Shown: in pieces, positions 29,805-39,903 of the stretch
Layout of the letters: every line of letters begins with the position of its first letter
Position numbering within the stretch: position 1 is the first letter of the stretch
From: Candidatus Aquitaenariimonas noxiae
GTDB lineage: Bacteria; Omnitrophota; Gorgyraeia; Aquitaenariimonadales; Aquitaenariimonadaceae
NCBI GenBank assembly: GCA_002780005.1
Contig: PEWV01000071.1
Coordinates: 69,754 to 133,753 of the forward strand
Direction: 5' to 3'
Length of the DNA: 64,000 nt
Program-made: the position numbers and the translations under genes
The notes under the pieces: model-generated
The model's database searches: none
Told to the model about the DNA's origin: nothing
Seen by the model: only the letters and a program-made list of their open reading frames with translations

Positions 29805-30730
29805 TAGAAGCAAAAAGGTTAAAAAAATATTTCCCCGTAGAAAGAGGGTTCTTTAGGCGAAAGACGGGAGAAGTCAAAGCGGTTGACGGCGTCGACCTGT
29901 TTATAGGAAAAGGAAAGACATTAGGCCTTGTCGGCGAATCAGGATGCGGCAAAACGACTTTGGGAAAACTGCTCTTGGGATTGCTTGAACCGGACTCGGG
30001 CGAGATCATAAAGGAAAAAGGCCTAAAAACCAATATTGTATTTCAGGACCCGTTCGGTTCCCTGAACCCGCGTATGAGAGTAGAACAGATCGTCACCGAA
30101 GGCCTGAAAATAGAAAAAAGAATAGAACACTTAAAAAGATCTGCTGAAAGACTCATGGATACGGTCGAGCTGCCGCGAAAGTCACTGGCAAAATACCCGC
30201 ATCAGTTCAGCGGAGGGGAAAGGCAGCGTATAAGCATTGCACGCGCCATAGCTACGAAACCTAATTTCATCGTATGCGATGAACCCGTTTCAAGCCTTGA
30301 CGTATCGATCAGGGTTCAAATACTTACCCTGCTCGTAAACCTGCAGAAGGAATTCGGCCTTTCATATCTTTTTATAGCACACGACCTGGGTGCAGTCAGG
30401 CATATGAGTAGCACAGTCGCAGTTATGTATTTAGGAAAAATTGTGGAATACGGGCCAAAAGAGGAAATTTATAAAAGGCCTCTTCACCCGTATACGAAAT
30501 CGCTTCTTTTAAGCGCGCCCACGCCTTATCCCAAGGCTAAAAAAGAAAAGGTGCTGTTAAAAGGCGATGTACCGTCAGCCGTAAACCCTCCCGAAGGCTG
30601 CAGGTTCCATACCCGCTGCCCTTACGCATTCGAGGTATGCCCCATAAATGAACCCCTGCTTATGCAGTATTCAACAAACCACTTTTGCGCCTGCCATCTG
30701 CATCAACCTAAATCAAATAAAAATATCTAA
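29801..30730 (+). CDS. ABC transporter ATP-binding protein (OppF/DppF-like) with oligopeptide-transporter C-terminal domain
   Basis: GESGCGKTT and FSGGERQR motifs. C-terminal CRFHTRCPYAFEVCP is the Opp/Dpp C-terminal Cys motif. Confidence 0.9.
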   Translation: MIEAKRLKKYFPVERGFFRRKTGEVKAVDGVDLFIGKGKTLGLVGESGCGKTTLGKLLLGLLEPDSGEIIKEKGLKTNIVFQDPFGSLNPRMRVEQIVTEGLKIEKRIEHLKRSAERLMDTVELPRKSLAKYPHQFSGGERQRISIARAIATKPNFIVCDEPVSSLDVSIRVQILTLLVNLQKEFGLSYLFIAHDLGAVRHMSSTVAVMYLGKIVEYGPKEEIYKRPLHPYTKSLLLSAPTPYPKAKKEKVLLKGDVPSAVNPPEGCRFHTRCPYAFEVCPINEPLLMQYSTNHFCACHLHQPKSNKNI

Positions 30731-30792
30731 TCATAATAAGGGTTACCACGTCACCACGACACCAAGTCACCAAATATCTTAAGACCTTTTAA

Positions 30793-30961
30793 TGGTAGCA
30801 ATAGGGGTTCGCGGCTTTAGTAAATTTTTCCCGTGGTTTTGAACTTACTCCTCGCGCCTATGCGCTATCCATTCTGTACACCCCTCCCGGCACTCGTCGT
30901 AAGTTCGAAAACCACATTTGGGAAAAATTTACAATTTCGCCGCTCACCCCATATTGCTACC
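30793..30961. ncRNA. candidate structured RNA or MITE-like element: ~170-nt nested imperfect inverted repeat (long extended hairpin)
   Basis: Arm pairs ggtagcaatagggg/ccccatattgctacc, gcggc/gccgc, and agtaaatttttcccgtggttttgaacttac/gtaagttcgaaaaccacatttgggaaaaatttac. No credible ORF lies here. Confidence 0.3.
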
Positions 30962-31028
30962 ACATGTGGCAAGAGAATCCTTCTAGCTTTAACTTGGAAT
31001 AGCTACCAAGAGGTACTCTTAGGTCCTG

Positions 31029-31216
31029 TTTTTTGCCTGCCCTGAAGTGAAGTTTCAAAATTTTAGCTTTTTACGAGGAAGAAATCGGTTTCAAAAAGGA
31101 TGGGCATTGTTCGAATCCCCACACCTGTCGGTGTGGGGTGAGTTATGCCCATCCCCGATTTCTGACCAGTCAAAAAGCGTTAAGAAATTTTGGCTGAACG
31201 AAAGGGCAGGCAAAAA
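31029..31216. ncRNA. candidate structured RNA with 6S-RNA-like topology (closing helix, large internal loops, 81-nt terminal extended hairpin)
   Basis: Closing helix ttttttgcctgccct (31029..) pairs with agggcaggcaaaaa (31202..). The inner hairpin has helices gaaatcgg/ccgatttc, ggatgggcat/atgcccatcc and ccccaca/tgtgggg. Family and strand are undetermined. Confidence 0.3.
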
Positions 31217-31341
31217 CAGGACAAGGAACTGCGAATCCCTGGTGCTACCATACGTAAGAGAGAATAGGCGGTTGCTATAATATTCAATTTGCATTTTTAT
31301 GTGCTTTATTATATAATATGGGCTACATTTTAGGAGGCGAA

Positions 31342-32568
31342 ATGCCCAGGATCTCGACTTTTGTAATGGCAGGCGGTAAGGGGGAAAGAATATACCCGCT
31401 GACAAAGGACAGGACGAAACCGGCTGTTCCGTTCGGTGGGATCTATAGAATAATAGATTTTACGCTAAGCAATTGCATAAACTCCGGGATACGTAAGATA
31501 CACGTGCTTACGCAATATAAATCCCTGTCACTCTCCAGGCATATAAGAATGGGCTGGAATATATTTGACGCCGAATTAGACGAGTTCATAGATTTCATAC
31601 CGGCCCAGCAATGGATCAGCGAGCAGTGGTACCAGGGGACAGCGGATTGTATTTATCAGAATCTAGATACGGTTGAAGTAGAGAATCCGGATTTTATACT
31701 TATATTGGCCGGAGACCATATATATAAGATGGATTACATGAAAATGTTGGAGTTCCACATATCGAAAGGCGCCGACGCTACGGTAGGTATAATTGAGGTC
31801 GAGAAAGAGAAGTCGCCAAACCTCGGAGTCGCGGAATTGGGAGCGGACGGGAGGATCAAGGCATTCGCCGAAAAACCACAGCATCCTATAACTATACCCG
31901 GCAATCCCGATCACATTTATGCCTCCATGGGTATATATGTTTTCAGCAGGAAAGTGTTAGAGGCAGAGCTAAAAGAGGATTCCGGCCGGGAAAACTCGAG
32001 CCACGATTTTAGCAAGGATATAATACCGAGCATGCTAAATAAACGGCTAAAGATCTATCCTTTCAATCTTAAAAACGGCGATAAGTCGGGCACGTGCTAT
32101 TGGCGGGATATAGGAAACCTTGATGCTTATTACGAAGCTAACATGGATCTGATCCGAGTTACGCCGGTTTTTAACATGTACGATAAAGATTGGTCAATCA
32201 GGACATATCAGGAACATTTTCCGCCGGCAAAAACGGTTTTTTCTCAGTCTCAGGAGGAAGGCGGCAGGCGAGGCATGGCTCTGGATTCGATCGTTTCAAG
32301 CGGATGCATAATATCCGGCGGACTGGTTCAACGATCGGTGCTTTCGCCCAACGTGAGAGTGAACAGCTTCGCTGAGGTCTACGATTCGGTAATAATGGAA
32401 GGCGTTAACATCGGAAGGTACGCCAAAATAAAAGGGGCTATAATAGATAAGGACGTAAACATACCTCAGGAAACCGTGATCGGTTTCGATCCCGAAGAGG
32501 ACAAAAAGAAATATGTGATAAGCGATAAAGGTATTGTAATAATACCAAAAGGAACGGTAATAAAATAA
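31342..32568 (+). CDS. glgC: glucose-1-phosphate adenylyltransferase
   Basis: FVMAGGKGERIYPLTKDRTKPAVPFGG N-terminus and a C-terminal left-handed beta-helix. The ATG at 31342 is preceded by AGGAGG. The track ORF starts 24 nt earlier. Confidence 0.88.
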   Translation: MPRISTFVMAGGKGERIYPLTKDRTKPAVPFGGIYRIIDFTLSNCINSGIRKIHVLTQYKSLSLSRHIRMGWNIFDAELDEFIDFIPAQQWISEQWYQGTADCIYQNLDTVEVENPDFILILAGDHIYKMDYMKMLEFHISKGADATVGIIEVEKEKSPNLGVAELGADGRIKAFAEKPQHPITIPGNPDHIYASMGIYVFSRKVLEAELKEDSGRENSSHDFSKDIIPSMLNKRLKIYPFNLKNGDKSGTCYWRDIGNLDAYYEANMDLIRVTPVFNMYDKDWSIRTYQEHFPPAKTVFSQSQEEGGRRGMALDSIVSSGCIISGGLVQRSVLSPNVRVNSFAEVYDSVIMEGVNIGRYAKIKGAIIDKDVNIPQETVIGFDPEEDKKKYVISDKGIVIIPKGTVIK

Positions 32569-33017
32569 TGCTAAAAAAAGCCGATCTTAGCGATTCGAAA
32601 AAGATACATGCGTTAATTAATCATTTTGCGGCTAAGGATGAAATGCTGCCCAGGTCTTTAAGCGAGATTTACGAGAACATCAGGGATTTTTTTGTATATA
32701 AAGAAAAGGGGAAGGTCTGCGGCTGCTGCGCCTTGCATATATGCTGGGAGGGCCTGGGCGAGATAAAGTCTCTGGCAGTTTCTAACAACAAATGGGGCTT
32801 GGGCATAGGGACTAAACTCGTTGAGGCATGCATGGATGAGGCCAGAAAATTAAAACTTGCGCAAGCGTTCGCGTTGACTTATAAACCTGAATTTTTTAAA
32901 AAGCTTGGTTTTAAAAGAGTGCCGAAATCAAAATTTCCGCATAAAATATGGAGAGAGTGCATAAATTGCCCTAAATTCCCGAATTGCGACGAGGTTCCGA
33001 TGATCAAGGAGTTGTAG
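32568..33017 (+). CDS. GNAT family N-acetyltransferase (ArgA C-terminal-domain-like)
   Basis: 149 aa with the GNAT core ([17 protein letters not shown]...GIGTKLVE). Confidence 0.7.
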   Translation: MLKKADLSDSKKIHALINHFAAKDEMLPRSLSEIYENIRDFFVYKEKGKVCGCCALHICWEGLGEIKSLAVSNNKWGLGIGTKLVEACMDEARKLKLAQAFALTYKPEFFKKLGFKRVPKSKFPHKIWRECINCPKFPNCDEVPMIKEL

Positions 33018-33019
33018 AT

Positions 33020-34288
33020 ATGGGATATACTATTGCAGAAAAGATATTAATGGCCCACGCCGGAAAGAAGCATATTTCCCCCGGCGAATTCATAAACGCG
33101 AAGGTTGACCTTGCGCTCGCGAATGATATCACGGCCCCTATTGCGATAAAGGAATTCGAGGGTACCGGCGCGAAAAAGGTTTTCGATAAAAATAAAATTG
33201 CTCTTATTCCAGACCACTTCACGCCTAATAAGGATATGAAAAGCGCAAATCAGTGCAAGATATTGCGCGAATTCGCGAAAAAACATGACATAAAACACTA
33301 TTACGAAGTCGGGAAAATGGGCGTAGAGCACGCCTTATTACCCGAACAAGGCATTGTTCTGCCGGGCGACCTAGTAATAGGGGCTGATTCTCACACATGC
33401 ACGTACGGCGCCCTTGGCGCGTACGGAACAGGTGTAGGAAGCACTGACATGGCCGCAGCATATGCTACAGGAAAATGTTGGTTTAAAGTGCCAAAATCTG
33501 TGAAGTTCATATTTTACGGCAAGCTTAATAAATGGGTAGGCGGCAAAGATCTGATATTGCATACTATCGGAGATATCGGTGTTGACGGCGCGCTATATGA
33601 AGCTATGGAATTTGCCGGTGAAGTCGTGCGCGGCCTGCCTATGGATGATAGGTTCTCGATGTGCAACATGGCTATCGAAGCCGGGGCGAGAGCAGGTATT
33701 ATCGAACCTGACAATATCACGTTTGCATATGCGAAAAATAAATCGAAAATTTCAAAACGTAAATTCAAGATCTATAAAAGCGACAAAGACGCTAAATATA
33801 AAAAGGTCTTCGAATACAACGCCTCAAAGATCGAGCCATTAGTAGCGTGCCCGCATCTGCCAAGCAATGTGAAAAAGGCCAAAGAGCTCAAAAAAACAGC
33901 TATCGACCAGTCCGTGATCGGGTCATGCACTAACGGCAGGATATCCGACTTAAGGATCGCGGCAAAAATACTTAAGGGAAAAACGGTGAATTCCCGTGTT
34001 CGCTTGATCGTCATACCGGCTACGCAGGAAATTTATCTTGAAGCCTTGAGGGAAGGCCTGGCCGAGATCTTTATAAGGGCGGGCGGTGTTTTTTCCACGC
34101 CGACTTGCGGCCCGTGCTTAGGCGGGCATATGGGAATACTCGCGGAAGGCGAAGTTGCGATCTCTACTACTAACAGAAATTTTGTCGGCAGGATGGGAGA
34201 TGTTAAAAGCAAGGTCTACCTGTCAAACCCTGCGGTCGCGGCGGCATCAGCGATAAAAGGCAGGATTACGGATCCGAGGGAATTATAA
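33020..34288 (+). CDS. leuC: 3-isopropylmalate dehydratase / homoaconitase large subunit, archaeal-type
   Basis: Aconitase-family motifs GADSHT, SCTNGR and CGPCLG. Its length of about 420 aa is typical of the short LeuC/HACN type. Confidence 0.85.
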   Translation: MGYTIAEKILMAHAGKKHISPGEFINAKVDLALANDITAPIAIKEFEGTGAKKVFDKNKIALIPDHFTPNKDMKSANQCKILREFAKKHDIKHYYEVGKMGVEHALLPEQGIVLPGDLVIGADSHTCTYGALGAYGTGVGSTDMAAAYATGKCWFKVPKSVKFIFYGKLNKWVGGKDLILHTIGDIGVDGALYEAMEFAGEVVRGLPMDDRFSMCNMAIEAGARAGIIEPDNITFAYAKNKSKISKRKFKIYKSDKDAKYKKVFEYNASKIEPLVACPHLPSNVKKAKELKKTAIDQSVIGSCTNGRISDLRIAAKILKGKTVNSRVRLIVIPATQEIYLEALREGLAEIFIRAGGVFSTPTCGPCLGGHMGILAEGEVAISTTNRNFVGRMGDVKSKVYLSNPAVAAASAIKGRITDPREL

Positions 34289-34779
34289 TGAAATTAGAGG
34301 GCAAAGCCCATAAATTCGGGGATAATGTAAATACCGACGAGATAATACCGGCCAGATACTTGAACACCTCTAACCCCAAAGATCTAGCGAAGCATTGTAT
34401 GGAAGACATAGATAAGGAATTCGGGAAAAAAGTCCAAAAAGGGGATATCCTAGTCGCCGGCAAGAATTTCGGATGTGGATCTTCGCGCGAACATGCCCCG
34501 ATAGCGATCAAGGAGAGCGGGGTATCCTGCGTGATCGCCAAGAGTTTTGCGGCTATATTTTTTAGAAATTCGATAAACATAGGATTGCCTGTTTTAGAGT
34601 GCACAGATACCGATAAAATTAAAAGCGGCGCCTTGTTGAAAGTGGATCTCGCGACGGGTGAGATAACTAATTTAAATACTAAAGGAAAGTATAAGACAGT
34701 TCCATTCCCGCCATTTTTGCAGAACATAATAGAATCCGGCGGGCTCATGGGCTGGATCAAGAAATCCAAGAAAGGGTAA
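34288..34779 (+). CDS. leuD: 3-isopropylmalate dehydratase / homoaconitase small subunit
   Basis: 163 aa, [16 protein letters not shown] and [10 protein letters not shown] swivel-domain motifs. Confidence 0.85.
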   Translation: MKLEGKAHKFGDNVNTDEIIPARYLNTSNPKDLAKHCMEDIDKEFGKKVQKGDILVAGKNFGCGSSREHAPIAIKESGVSCVIAKSFAAIFFRNSINIGLPVLECTDTDKIKSGALLKVDLATGEITNLNTKGKYKTVPFPPFLQNIIESGGLMGWIKKSKKG

Positions 34780-34782
34780 AAG

Positions 34783-35832
34783 ATGTATAAAATAGCGGTT
34801 ATTCCGGGAGATGGGACAGGGCCTGAAGTAATAAATGAGGCGTTGAAGGTCATGAAAGCTGTTTCACAAAAATGCAACTTTAACTACGAAACCATTATGT
34901 ACGATTTCGGCGGAACGAGGTACCTAAGAACAGGGGAAACGCTGCCCGCCTCGGCAATCAAAGAATTAAAAAAAGCAGATGCCATTCTTTTAGGGGCCAT
35001 AGGCCATCCCGATGTGAAACCCGGCATCCTTGAAAAAGGAATATTGCTTAAATTGCGGTTTGACCTACACCAGTACATAAACTTAAGGCCTGTAAAACTA
35101 TATCCCGGCGTATGGACGCCCCTGAAAGATAAAGGTCCGGAGGATATTGACTTCATCGTTGTAAGAGAAAATAACGAGGGCCTATACGTAGGAGAAGGTA
35201 AATTCATAAAAAAGGGTACCAAAGACGAGGTAGCCCTCCAGGTATCCAGAAATTCGCGAAAAGGCATAGATAGGTGCCTCAAGTTCGCGTTCGACCTTAC
35301 ACAAGAAAGAAATAAAAGGAAAAAGTTAACCTTATGCGGAAAAACAAATGTTTTAACATATGCATTCGACCTCTGGTATCGAGCCTTCACTGAGATGGCG
35401 AAAAAATATCCTAAGGTAACAACAGACTACGCGCACGTGGATGCCATATGCATGTGGATGGTCAAGAACCCGGAATGGTTCGACGTCATCGTTACGGATA
35501 ACATGTTCGGCGATATAATCACGGATCTGGCCGCTATGATACAAGGTGGCATGGGTATCGCGGCAGGGGGCAATCTGAATCCTGAAGGCGTATCTATGTT
35601 CGAGCCTATAGGAGGCTCAGCGCCAAAGTATACCGGAAAGAACGTAATTAATCCGTTGGCCGCCATATCGGCCGGAATGATGCTCTTGGACCACTTAGGT
35701 GAAAAGGAAGCCGCGAAGAAAATTGAAAAATCAATTATTGAAGTTACGTCTACAAAACTAAAATCGCTCGCTGCCGGAAAAATGGGGTATGGCACAACCG
35801 AGGTGGGCGATCTTGTAGTTCAGTTTCTTTAA
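34783..35832 (+). CDS. leuB: 3-isopropylmalate (or homoisocitrate) dehydrogenase
   Basis: IAVIPGDGTGPEV and NMFGDIITD motifs of the decarboxylating dehydrogenase family. Confidence 0.85.
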   Translation: MYKIAVIPGDGTGPEVINEALKVMKAVSQKCNFNYETIMYDFGGTRYLRTGETLPASAIKELKKADAILLGAIGHPDVKPGILEKGILLKLRFDLHQYINLRPVKLYPGVWTPLKDKGPEDIDFIVVRENNEGLYVGEGKFIKKGTKDEVALQVSRNSRKGIDRCLKFAFDLTQERNKRKKLTLCGKTNVLTYAFDLWYRAFTEMAKKYPKVTTDYAHVDAICMWMVKNPEWFDVIVTDNMFGDIITDLAAMIQGGMGIAAGGNLNPEGVSMFEPIGGSAPKYTGKNVINPLAAISAGMMLLDHLGEKEAAKKIEKSIIEVTSTKLKSLAAGKMGYGTTEVGDLVVQFL

Positions 35833-35843
35833 AAGAGGTTAAT

Positions 35844-36902
35844 ATGAAAACGTATAATGTTGCCGTAGTAGGCGTGGGCGCGGTCGGTATTGAGATGCTG
35901 CGCACCTTAAAAAATAGGAATTTTCCCGTCGGTGAACTCAAAGTTTTGGCAAGAAGCGAGCGTGATATCTCCGTAGACGGCAAGCCTTACCACGTTTCAA
36001 CCGTCACTCCTGAAAGCTTTAAAGGAATCGACATAGCACTATTTGCCGGAACCGAGGGTGAGAAGGGTGCGGCCGTTACCTTTGCCCCTCAAGCAGTAAA
36101 AAACGGGGCAGTCGTCATAGACAACGGGGCTGATTTCAGGATGAGACCTGACGTGCCTTTGGTAATTCCTGAGGTTAATCCCGAAGACGCAAACCCCGTT
36201 AGAGATTTTTTTCTGTCCCGTCATAGAGAGGGTATCTCTAACGGGGCAAAAAAACACAAAGGGATAATAGCTAATCCCAATTGTTCGACCATTCAAATGG
36301 TAGTCGCATTAAGCCCTATATACAAACTCTCGAAGATCACTCGTGTCATAGTCTCAACTTATCAGGCCGCATCAGGTGCGGGCCGCAGCGCCGCGGATGA
36401 GCTAGTACAACAGCTTAAAGATATTACCTCCGGAAAACAGGCAGCGGCCCCGAAGGTCCTTCCTCAAAGAATAGCCTTTAACGTCTTTCCGCACATAGGG
36501 AGTTTCGCTGAGGAAAATTACACCTCTGAAGAATGGAAAATGGTAAAAGAAACCCACAAAATAATGCACGACGATAATATAAAAATAAGCGCCACCTGCG
36601 CAAGGGTGCCTGTCATAACCGGGCATTCAGAGGCTGTATATATAGAAACCGAAAAGCCTATAAAAGTGGAAAAAATCAGGGAAGTCCTGGAAAAAGCAAA
36701 AGGCATTAAAGTATTGGATGACCCGCTGAAAAACATATACCCCAACGCCTTTGAATCCGAAGGGAAATACGATGTTTTTGTCGGAAGGATCCGCCGCGAC
36801 CCCTTCGTCAAAAACGGATATTGGCTTTGGGTAGTTTCGGATAATTTATTAAAAGGCGCCGCGCTAAACGCTGTCCAGATCGCGGAATTGCTAATAGCGT
36901 AA
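35844..36902 (+). CDS. asd: aspartate-semialdehyde dehydrogenase
   Basis: VAVVGVGAVG NAD-binding fold and NPNCSTIQM active-site Cys. Confidence 0.88.
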   Translation: MKTYNVAVVGVGAVGIEMLRTLKNRNFPVGELKVLARSERDISVDGKPYHVSTVTPESFKGIDIALFAGTEGEKGAAVTFAPQAVKNGAVVIDNGADFRMRPDVPLVIPEVNPEDANPVRDFFLSRHREGISNGAKKHKGIIANPNCSTIQMVVALSPIYKLSKITRVIVSTYQAASGAGRSAADELVQQLKDITSGKQAAAPKVLPQRIAFNVFPHIGSFAEENYTSEEWKMVKETHKIMHDDNIKISATCARVPVITGHSEAVYIETEKPIKVEKIREVLEKAKGIKVLDDPLKNIYPNAFESEGKYDVFVGRIRRDPFVKNGYWLWVVSDNLLKGAALNAVQIAELLIA

Positions 36903-37637
36903 ATGCGAAATATCAAGCTTGTCGTTGAGTATGATGGTACCAGCTATTGCGGCTGGCAAAGGCAAAAAAACGGCATATCTGTCCAAGAAGTGCTCGAACG
37001 GTGCTTAAAAAACATTTTAAGGCATAATATAACGCTAATCGGGGCCGGGCGGACAGATAGCGGCGTTCACGCCAAAGGCCAAGTAGCGAACTTCAAGACA
37101 AAATCAGATTTACCGGCCGGGAAAATACTTTCCGCTTTAAACTCTACGCTTCCAAACAGTATAAAGATAAGCGCCATTGAGGACGCCGGCCGAAAATTCA
37201 ATGCCCGTTTTGATGCAAAAACCAAATTGTACAGATACACGATACTCAATCGCGACGCTTCATCTCCTTTTGAGTGGCGATATTCGTATCTATACAGGTC
37301 ACCTCTAAATATTAAAATCATGAAAAACGAGGCAAAAGTTCTCTTGGGAAGGCATGATTTCAGCTCATTCCAGGCTCTGGATATAATAGCACGTCCGTCT
37401 ATAGTTACTATCAAAAAAATTAAAGTAACAAAGGCCAAAAAATATATCAATATTGACATCGAAGCTAAGGGTTTCGTATATAACATGGTGCGCAACATAG
37501 CCGGAACGCTTATTGAATTCGGAAGGGGCAGGTTTAAGCCGGGGGGCATGCGAAGGATACTTGCGGCAAAAAATAGAAAACTTGCCGGGCCCACCGCTTC
37601 AGCTAAGGGGCTCTGCCTCTTGAAAGTGAACTATTAA
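36903..37637 (+). CDS. truA: tRNA pseudouridine(38-40) synthase
   Basis: KLVVEYDGTSYCGWQRQ and GRTDSGVHA (catalytic Asp). Confidence 0.9.
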   Translation: MRNIKLVVEYDGTSYCGWQRQKNGISVQEVLERCLKNILRHNITLIGAGRTDSGVHAKGQVANFKTKSDLPAGKILSALNSTLPNSIKISAIEDAGRKFNARFDAKTKLYRYTILNRDASSPFEWRYSYLYRSPLNIKIMKNEAKVLLGRHDFSSFQALDIIARPSIVTIKKIKVTKAKKYINIDIEAKGFVYNMVRNIAGTLIEFGRGRFKPGGMRRILAAKNRKLAGPTASAKGLCLLKVNY

Positions 37638-37639
37638 TT

Positions 37640-38200
37640 ATGGACCGTCAAACTTCAAAAGTTATAAGATTCTCGGCAGCGGGACTCCTGTTGTTGGCAT
37701 ATATGTTGTCAAACCGTTTCAGCGCAAATATAAAAAGGGGGGTCGAGGCGTCTTTTTTTGCGGCGCACCCTGATACCGCGTACGTCGAAAGGGTAGTGGA
37801 CGGCGACACTGTTAAACTGGCAAACGGCGAGCGCTTGAGATATATAGGTATTGACACCCCTGAGCTGAAACATCCGAACAGAAAAATAAGCGAAATGGCA
37901 AGAATTGCTAAAAAAATAAACGAATCCCTTGCGCAAGGCAAGGAAGTAAAGATAGTATATGATGTCGAAAAAAGGGACAAGTATGACAGATTATTAGGAT
38001 ACGTTTTTCTAAAGGACGGCACCTTTGTAAATGCCGAACTCGTAAAGGAAGGATACGCGCTGATCATGACTATCCCGCCGAATGTTAAATACGCAGACTA
38101 CTTCCTGAAGCTGCAGGAAGAGGCCAGAAATACGAAAAAGGGGTTCTGGTCATACGAGGATGTCGACTTCAAAGACATGAGAAAAGGATACAGGCGATGA
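37640..38200 (+). CDS. thermonuclease (staphylococcal nuclease homologue), membrane-anchored or secreted
   Basis: N-terminal hydrophobic segment. VDGDTVKL...RYIGIDTPE SNase motif. Confidence 0.8.
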   Translation: MDRQTSKVIRFSAAGLLLLAYMLSNRFSANIKRGVEASFFAAHPDTAYVERVVDGDTVKLANGERLRYIGIDTPELKHPNRKISEMARIAKKINESLAQGKEVKIVYDVEKRDKYDRLLGYVFLKDGTFVNAELVKEGYALIMTIPPNVKYADYFLKLQEEARNTKKGFWSYEDVDFKDMRKGYRR

Positions 38201-38244
38201 TGCCGATAAAGTTAAAAGAAGAAAGCGGGAATGGCTGATCATTT

Positions 38245-38853
38245 ATGGCAATAAAAGTTATAATATTCGACCTAGGAAATGTCGTTTTAAAATTTGACAT
38301 GCGTATTATCGCAAGAAAGATGGCAAAAAGATTTTCTCTTAATGAGGATGAGGTATTTCAGTTTTTCTTTGACTCGCCCCTCACGCATATACACGATGAA
38401 GGAAGGATAAGCTCGAAGGAATTCTATCATCGGGCTATGGAAAAACTCGGCATAAAAATGGATTTTACTGAATTCAAAAAAATCTGGCTTGATATATTTA
38501 CCGAAAATAATGATGTAACTAAACTGATTCTATCGCTTTCGAAACATTATAAAATATTCTTAATGTCCAACACTAACAAATTGCACTTCGACTACATAAA
38601 AACCAAATTCGATATTATAAAAGAATTCGACTGCGTTTTTACTTCATACGAAGTCGGCAAATTAAAACCGCACCCTAGAATTTACAATGCTGCTATAAAA
38701 AAAGCGTACGTGGCGCCGGGCAACATAATTTTTATAGACGACAGGAAAGAGCTTGTTCGAGGCGCAAAAAAGGTGGGGATTCGCGCAATACAGTTCAAAA
38801 ATATAAAGAAGCTTAAACAAGACCTCGTAAAAAATAAGGTTAGGCTCACATAA
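38245..38853 (+). CDS. HAD-superfamily hydrolase
   Basis: Motif I VIIFDLGNVV, SNTN, and K...IDD motifs. Confidence 0.75.
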   Translation: MAIKVIIFDLGNVVLKFDMRIIARKMAKRFSLNEDEVFQFFFDSPLTHIHDEGRISSKEFYHRAMEKLGIKMDFTEFKKIWLDIFTENNDVTKLILSLSKHYKIFLMSNTNKLHFDYIKTKFDIIKEFDCVFTSYEVGKLKPHPRIYNAAIKKAYVAPGNIIFIDDRKELVRGAKKVGIRAIQFKNIKKLKQDLVKNKVRLT

Positions 38854-39308
38854 TGCTGGTAAGGGACCATTTAATAGCGTCGGGAGTTATAAGCGGAATT
38901 TGGTATTACTTCACTAAATCCGTTCCTGAAAGCCTTGTATTTTTCTTAAGCGGCTTTATTATAGACGTCGATCATTTTGTTGATTACTACATCAGCCACC
39001 CTTTTACGCTGAAATATAAGAAAATAAGGGCGGCATGTCTGACCATGGACCAAAAAGAGGTCTATATTCTTTTGCATAGTTTCGAACTAGTTATTTTGGC
39101 AGTTATAATCGGAGCAATATTCTTTCCTGAAAGGATTTATTTCGTTGCTGTATTGGGAGTTGTGCAGCATTTGATGCTGGACCAGGTATCTAATGATACC
39201 TATCCGTTCAGCTATTTTTTGATATACAGGTTCCTGAAGGGCTTTAGAAAAGAAAGCGTATTTAAGAGTTCTCGCTGCAAAGGTTTCTTTCCTATAAAAA
39301 AACAATGA
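38853..39308 (+). CDS. membrane-bound metal-dependent hydrolase (YdjM/DUF457-like)
   Basis: The MLVRDHL N-terminus, the DVDH motif and HSFELV fit it, with four hydrophobic segments. Confidence 0.5.
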   Translation: MLVRDHLIASGVISGIWYYFTKSVPESLVFFLSGFIIDVDHFVDYYISHPFTLKYKKIRAACLTMDQKEVYILLHSFELVILAVIIGAIFFPERIYFVAVLGVVQHLMLDQVSNDTYPFSYFLIYRFLKGFRKESVFKSSRCKGFFPIKKQ

Positions 39309-39901
39309 AAGCTAACATAGACATCAAATCTCTGATCGAAGGCTGCATAAAGAAGGATGAGTCATCCTGGTCGGAGTTTATATATCAATTCAAAAACCTG
39401 GTAAACTGGGCTGCCATTGACAGGTTAAAACGATGGGGCATTGAGTTTACGAACGACGATATCGACGATATACGTCAGCAGGTTTTCATGGGCATATGGG
39501 AGAAAAACAGGCTTTCGGAAATAAGAAATAGGGAGCGGATCGCCGGTTGGCTTGCGATGGTAGCGGGAAACTGCGCATTTAACTACATAAGAAGTAAAAA
39601 AAGATTTGAGATCCCGGCTTCGGAACCTTCGCTAGAATTGGAATTAAAATTAGAGAATGTAAAAGATAAAGAAAGCCCGTATAGCGCGCTGGAGAATAGC
39701 GAAACGAGAACTGCCATAGAAGAATTCATTAACAAACTTCCGCAAAGCCAGCAAGCTATATTAATATTAAACTATGTATACGAGAAAAAATATAGAGAGA
39801 TATCCGAAATCTTGAAAATTCCTATCAATACTGTATCTACTATAATTAAACGCTCCAGGGACTCTTTAAAAAAAGAATTAAAAGAGAAAGGTGTGATCTG
39901 A
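39305..39901 (+). CDS. RNA polymerase sigma factor, ECF subfamily
   Basis: Region 2 (FMGIWEKNRLSEIR...AGWLAMVAGNCAFNYIR) and a region 4 HTH (YREISEILKIPINTVSTIIKRSR). Confidence 0.85.
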   Translation: MKANIDIKSLIEGCIKKDESSWSEFIYQFKNLVNWAAIDRLKRWGIEFTNDDIDDIRQQVFMGIWEKNRLSEIRNRERIAGWLAMVAGNCAFNYIRSKKRFEIPASEPSLELELKLENVKDKESPYSALENSETRTAIEEFINKLPQSQQAILILNYVYEKKYREISEILKIPINTVSTIIKRSRDSLKKELKEKGVI

Positions 39902-39903
39902 TT

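Noticed and set aside
31095..31125. tRNA-like string GTTCGAATCC and possible tmRNA or RNase P identity for the structured region
   Set aside because: No T-stem flanks TTCGAAT. I could not find the tmRNA acceptor/CCA end or tag-peptide reading frame. No RNase P P4 (GGAAAGUCCGG / ACAGAACCCGGCUUA) or SRP domain IV motifs were found.
30833..31405. Track ORFs 30833..31045 (+), 31047..31280 (+) and 31091..31405 (-) in the oppF-glgC spacer
   Set aside because: They are low-complexity, lack RBS, and are fully occupied by nested inverted repeats. They were treated as non-coding structured RNA instead.
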